Assembly (NCBI GenBank): GCA_964057225.1
Contig: OZ059897.1
Location: 19,096,001 to 19,160,000 of the forward strand
Length of the DNA: 64,000 bases
Source of the DNA: Auanema rhodensis
Lineage: Eukaryota; Animalia; Nematoda
Direction: 5' to 3'
Part shown: piece by piece, positions 57,547 through 64,000 of the stretch
Position numbering within the stretch: position 1 is the first letter of the stretch
How the letters are laid out: each line of letters starts with the position of its first letter
Program-made: the position numbers and the translations under genes
The notes under the pieces: model-generated
What the model was told of the DNA's origin: nothing
The model's database searches: none
Seen by the model: only the letters and a program-made list of their open reading frames with translations

Positions 57547-60500
57547 GAGTTTCCATGTACACTCAACATTGCTTCCAAAAACATTTTGACAAAAATTTTT
57601 TCGAAAAATTTCAAAATAATTTAGCAAAAAGTAGATGTTTTTAGATTCCTTTTTTCAAGGCAAAGACGATGGACAATGTTATTCAACGAAAAAAATTAAT
57701 TCTTCAGGGTGAAAATCGGGTATATATGTGTGTACTTATATCAGTTGATATCTCGGTGCATTTTTAAGCTAGCGCAAATCTGATAACACAGATCGACGCA
57801 GCTTAAAAATCCGCATCGAATGCACTATACTACATTGAGAAACACTTGATACAAAAATTAGTTATGATCGTTTGAAAAATGATGCATTAGTGTATGTTGA
57901 GTTTCCATGTACACTCAACATTGCTTCCAAAAACATTTTGACAAAAATTTTTTCGAAAAATTTCAAAATAATTCAGCAAAAAGTAGATGTTTTTAGATTC
58001 CATTTTTCAAGGCAAAGACGATGGACAATGTTATTCAACGAAAAAATTATTTCTTCAGGGTGAAAATCGAGGATATAAGTGTGAACTTATATCAGTTGAT
58101 ATCTCGGTGCATTTTTAAGCTAGCGCAAATCTGATAACACAGATCGACGCAGCTTAAAAATCCGCATCGAATGCACTATACTACATTGAGAAACGCTTAA
58201 TACAAAAATTAGTTATGATCGTTTGAAAAATGATGCATTAGTGTATGTTGAGTTTCCATGTACACTCAACATTGCTTCCAAAAACATTTTGACAAAAATT
58301 TTTTCGAAAAATTTCAAAATAATTTAGCAAAAAGTAGATGTTTTTAGATTTCATTTTTCAAGGCAAAGACGATGGACAATGTTATTCAACGAAAAAATTA
58401 ATTCTTCAGGGTGAAAATCGAGGATATAAGTGTGAACTTATAAAAGTTGATATCTCGGTGCATTTTTAAGCTAGCGCAAATCTGATAACACAGATCGACG
58501 CAGCTTAAAAATCCGCATCGAATGCACTATACTACATTGAGAAACGCTTAATACAAAAATTAGTTATGATCGTTTGAAAAATGATGCATTAGTGTATGTT
58601 GAGTTTCCATGTACACTCAACATTGCTTCCAAAAACATTTTGACAAAAATTTTTTCGAAAAATTTCAAAATAATTTAGCAAAAAGTAGATGTTTTTAGAT
58701 TTCATTTTTCAAGGCAAAGACGATGGACAATGTTATTCAACGAAAAAATTAATTCTTCAGGGTGAAAATCGAGGATATAAGTGTGAACTTATAAAAGTTG
58801 ATATCTCGGTGCATTTTTAAGCTAGCGCAAATCTGATAACACAGATCGACGCAGCTTAAAAATCCGCATCGAATGCACTATACTACATTGAGAAACGCTT
58901 AATACAAAAATTAGTTATGATCGTTTGAAAAATGATGCATTAGTGTATGTTGAGTTTCCATGTACACTCAACATTGCTTCCAAAAACATTTTGACAAAAA
59001 TTTTTTCGAAAAATTTCAAAATAATTTAGCAAAAAGTAGATGTTTTTAGATTCCTTTTCTCAAGGCAAAGACGATGGACAATGTTATTTAACGAAAAAAT
59101 TAATTCTTCAGGGTGAAAATCGAGGATATAAGTGTGAACTTATATCAGTTGATATCTCGGTGCATTTTTAAGCTAGCGCAAATCTGATAACACAGATCGA
59201 CGCAGCTTAAAAATCCGCATCGAATGCACTATACTACATTGAGAAACGCTTAATACAAAAATTAGTTATGATCGTTTGAAAAATGATGCATTAGTGTATG
59301 TTGAGTTTCCATGTACACTCAACATTGCTTCCAAAAACATTTTGACAAAAATTTTTTCGAAAAATTTCAAAATAATTTAGCAAAAAGTAGATGTTTTTAG
59401 ATTCCTTTTTTCAAGGCAAAGACGATGGACAATGTTATTCAACGAAAAAAATTAATTCTTCAGGGTGAAAATCGGGTATATATGTGTGTACTTATATCAG
59501 TTGATATCTCGGTGCATTTTTAAGCTAGCGCAAATCTGATAACACAGATCGACGCAGCTTAAAAATCCGCATCGAATGCACTATACTACATTGAGAAACA
59601 CTTGATACAAAAATTAGTTATGATCGTTTGAAAAATGATGCATTAGTGTATGTTGAGTTTCCATGTACACTCAACATTGCTTCCAAAAACATTTTGACAA
59701 AAATTTTTTCGAAAAATTTCAAAATAATTCAGCAAAAAGTAGATGTTTTTAGATTCCATTTTTCAAGGCAAAGACGATGGACAATGTTATTCAACGAAAA
59801 AATTATTTCTTCAGGGTGAAAATCGAGGATATAAGTGTGAACTTATATCAGTTGATATCTCGGTGCATTTTTAAGCTAGCGCAAATCTGATAACACAGAT
59901 CGACGCAGCTTAAAAATCCGCATCGAATGCACTATACTACATTGAGAAACGCTTAATACAAAAATTAGTTATGATCGTTTGAAAAATGATGCATTAGTGT
60001 ATGTTGAGTTTCCATGTACACTCAACATTGCTTCCAAAAACATTTTGACAAAAATTTTTTCGAAAAATTTCAAAATAATTTAGCAAAAAGTAGATGTTTT
60101 TAGATTTCATTTTTCAAGGCAAAGACGATGGACAATGTTATTCAACGAAAAAATTAATTCTTCAGGGTGAAAATCGAGGATATAAGTGTGAACTTATAAA
60201 AGTTGATATCTCGGTGCATTTTTAAGCTAGCGCAAATCTGATAACACAGATCGACGCAGCTTAAAAATCCGCATCGAATGCACTATACTACATTGAGAAA
60301 CGCTTAATACAAAAATTAGTTATGATCGTTTGAAAAATGATGCATTAGTGTATGTTGAGTTTCCATGTACACTCAACATTGCTTCCAAAAACATTTTGAC
60401 AAAAATTTTTTCGAAAAATTTCAAAATAATTTAGCAAAAAGTAGATGTTTTTAGATTCCTTTTCTCAAGGCAAAGACGATGGACAATGTTATTTAACGAA

Positions 60501-62465
60501 AAAATTAATTCTTCAGGGTGAAAATCGAGGATATAAGTGTGAACTTATATCAGTTGATATCTCGGTGCATTTTTAAGCTAGCGCAAATCTGATAACACAG
60601 ATCGACGCAGCTTAAAAATCCGCATCGAATGCACTATACTACATTGAGAAACGCTTAATACAAAAATTAGTTATGATCGTTTGAAAAATGATGCATTAGT
60701 GTATGTTGAGTTTCCATGTACACTCAACATTGCTTCCAAAAACATTTTGACAAAAATTTTTTCGAAAAATTTCAAAATAATTTAGCAAAAAGTAGATGTT
60801 TTTAGATTCCTTTTTTCAAGGCAAAGACGATGGACAATGTTATTCAACGAAAAAAATTAATTCTTCAGGGTGAAAATCGGGTATATATGTGTGTACTTAT
60901 ATCAGTTGATATCTCGGTGCATTTTTAAGCTAGCGCAAATCTGATAACACAGATCGACGCAGCTTAAAAATCCGCATCGAATGCACTATACTACATTGAG
61001 AAACACTTGATACAAAAATTAGTTATGATCGTTTGAAAAATGATGCATTAGTGTATGTTGAGTTTCCATGTACACTCAACATTGCTTCCAAAAACATTTT
61101 GACAAAAATTTTTTCGAAAAATTTCAAAATAATTCAGCAAAAAGTAGATGTTTTTAGATTCCATTTTTCAAGGCAAAGACGATGGACAATGTTATTCAAC
61201 GAAAAAATTATTTCTTCAGGGTGAAAATCGAGGATATAAGTGTGAACTTATAAAAGTTGATATCTCGGTGCATTTTTAAGCTAGCGCAAATCTGATAACA
61301 CAGATCGACGCAGCTTAAAAATCCGCATCGAATGCACTATACTACATTGAGAAACGCTTGATACAAAAATTAGTTATAATCGTTTGAAAAATGATGCATT
61401 AGTGTATGTTGAGTTTCCATGTACACTCAACATTGCTTCCAAAAACATTTTGACAAAAATTTTTTCGAAAAATTTCAAAATAATTTAGCAAAAAGTAGAT
61501 GTTTTTAGATTTCATTTTTCAAGGCAAAGACGATGGACAATGTTATTCAACGAAAAAATTAATTCTTCAGGGTGAAAATCGAGGATATAAGTGTGAACTT
61601 ATAAAAGTTGATATCTCGGTGCATTTTTAAGCTAGCGCAAATCTGATAACACAGATCGACGCAGCTTAAAAATCCGCATCGAATGCACTATACTACATTG
61701 AGAAACGCTTAATACAAAAATTAGTTATGATCGTTTGAAAAATGATGCATTAGTGTATGTTGAGTTTCCATGTACACTCAACATTGCTTCCAAAAACATT
61801 TTGACAAAAATTTTTTCGAAAAATTTCAAAATAATTTAGCAAAAAGTAGATGTTTTTAGATTCCTTTTTTCAAGGCAAAGACGATGGACAATGTTATTCA
61901 ACGAAAAAAATTAATTCTTCAGGGTGAAAATCGGGTATATATGTGTGTACTTATATCAGTTGATATCTCGGTGCATTTTTAAGCTAGCGCAAATCTGATA
62001 ACACAGATCGACGCAGCTTAAAAATCCGCATCGAATGCACTATACTACATTGAGAAACACTTGATACAAAAATTAGTTATGATCGTTTGAAAAATGATGC
62101 ATTAGTGTATGTTGAGTTTCCATGTACACTCAACATTGCTTCCAAAAACATTTTGACAAAAATTTTTTCGAAAAATTTCAAAATAATTCAGCAAAAAGTA
62201 GATGTTTTTAGATTCCTTTTTTCAAGGCAAAGACGATGGACAATGTTATTCAACGAAAAAAATTAATTCTTCAGGGTGAAAATCGGGTATATATGTGTGT
62301 ACTTATATCAGTTGATATCTCGGTGCATTTTTAAGCTAGCGCAAATCTGATAACACAGATCGACGCAGCTTAAAAATCCGCATCGAATGCAGTATACTAC
62401 ATTGAGAAACACTTGATACAAAAATTAGTTATGATCGTTTGAAAAATGATGCATTAGTGTATGTT
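57547..62465. repeat. Degenerate higher-order repeat series (5-, 4-, 3-, 1-mer) headed by the 352-bp variant
   Basis: 352-bp monomers start at 57547, 59303, 60708, 61762 and 62114. ORF offsets are 1756 and 1405 bp. Confidence 0.8.
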
Positions 62466-64000
62466 GAGTTTCCATGTACACTCAACATTGCTTCCAAAAA
62501 CATTTTGACAAAAATTTTTTCAAAAAAATTTCAAAATAATTCAGCAAAAAGTAGATGTTTTTAGATTCCATTTTTCAAGGCAAAGACGATGGACAATGTT
62601 ATTCAACGAAAAAATTAATTCTTCAGGGTGAAAATCGAGGATATAAGTGTGAACTTATAAAAGTTGATATCTCGGTGCATTTTTAAGCTAGCGCAAATCT
62701 GATAACACAGATCGACGCAGCTTAAAAATCCGCATCGAATGCACTATACTACATTGAGAAACGCTTGATACAAAAATTAGTTATAATCGTTTGAAAAATG
62801 ATGCATTAGTGTATGTTGAGTTTCCATGTACACTCAACATTGCTTCCAAAAACATTTTGACAAAAATTTTTTCGAAAAATTTCAAAATAATTTAGCAAAA
62901 AGTAGATGTTTTTAGATTCCTTTTTTCAAGGCAAAGACGATGGACAATGTTATTTAACGAAAAAATTAATTCTTCAGGGTGAAAATCGAGGATATAAGTG
63001 TAAACTTATATCAGTTGATATCTCGGTGCATTTTTAAGCTAGCGCAAATCTGATAACACAGATCGACGCAGCTTAAAAATCCGCATCGAATGCACTATAC
63101 TACATTGAGAAACACTTGATACAAAAATTAGTTATGATCGTTTGAAAAATGATGCATTAGTGTATGTTGAGTTTCCATGTACACTCAACATTGCTTCCAA
63201 AAACATTTTGACAAAAATTTTTTCGAAAAATTTCAAAATAATTTAGCAAAAAGTAGATGTTTTTAGATTCCTTTTTTCAAGGCAAAGACGATGGACAATG
63301 TTATTCAACGAAAAAAATTAATTCTTCAGGGTGAAAATCGGGTATATATGTGTGTACTTATATCAGTTGATATCTCGGTGCATTTTTAAGCTAGCGCAAA
63401 TCTGATAACACAGATCGACGCAGCTTAAAAATCCGCATCGAATGCACTATACTACATTGAGAAACACTTGATACAAAAATTAGTTATGATCGTTTGAAAA
63501 ATGATGCATTAGTGTATGTTGAGTTTCCATGTACACTCAACATTGCTTCCAAAAACATTTTGACAAAAATTTTTTCGAAAAATTTCAAAATAATTCAGCA
63601 AAAAGTAGATGTTTTTAGATTCCATTTTTCAAGGCAAAGACGATGGACAATGTTATTCAACGAAAAAATTATTTCTTCAGGGTGAAAATCGAGGATATAA
63701 GTGTGAACTTATATCAGTTGATATCTCGGTGCATTTTTAAGCTAGCGCAAATCTGATAACACAGATCGACGCAGCTTAAAAATCCGCATCGAATGCACTA
63801 TACTACATTGAGAAACGCTTAATACAAAAATTAGTTATGATCGTTTGAAAAATGATGCATTAGTGTATGTTGAGTTTCCATGTACACTCAACATTGCTTC
63901 CAAAAACATTTTGACAAAAATTTTTTCGAAAAATTTCAAAATAATTTAGCAAAAAGTAGATGTTTTTAGATTCCTTTTTTCAAGGCAAAGACGATGGACA

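Larger units (their letters stand above)
1..64000. repeat. Satellite DNA array, 351-bp monomer, ~182 head-to-tail copies, running off both window ends
   Basis: GAGTTTCCATGTACACTC... recurs at 1, 352, 703, 1054 and onward to the end of the window. ORF-track starts differ by multiples of 351 apart from small cumulative indels (9, 1062, 1413, 1764, 2115...). No non-repeat sequence was seen. Confidence 0.99.
44909..64000. repeat. Right satellite subfamily domain
   Basis: Frequent AATTCAGC (C76), GCAGAGAC (G117), TTATAAAAG, and a 352-bp CGGGTATATATGTGTGTAC monomer. The ORF track switches from the 75-aa to the 63-aa artefact ORF here. Confidence 0.88.

Noticed and set aside
1-64000. CRISPR array
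   Set aside because: There are no unique spacers, since the entire 351-bp unit repeats, and there are no cas genes.

Overview
The whole 64 kb window is one uninterrupted head-to-tail tandem array of a 351-bp AT-rich satellite monomer. It holds about 182 copies, all in the same orientation, and monomer 1 is about 31% GC by my count. Monomers differ by only a few substitutions, plus rare 349, 350 and 352-bp length variants. I see no genes, transposon insertions, inversions or CRISPR spacers, and every ORF in the track is a by-product of the repeat. This looks like eukaryotic (peri)centromeric or heterochromatic satellite DNA; I cannot assign it to a named family or species. Two kinds of structure are worth attention. 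First, each monomer carries four dyad symmetries: a 67-nt imperfect hairpin, a 9-bp stem with a GTGA (GNRA-type) loop, a CpG-centred A/T-tract palindrome, and a 9-bp stem across the monomer junction; the common polymorphisms mostly avoid three of them. Second, diagnostic variants record the array's history: a left subfamily domain (1-42.4 kb) containing a degenerate duplication offset by about 21-25 kb, a short transition zone, a right subfamily domain (44.9-64 kb), and many local 2-, 3-, 6- and 10-mer higher-order repeats. I find no evidence of a novel protein-coding system.
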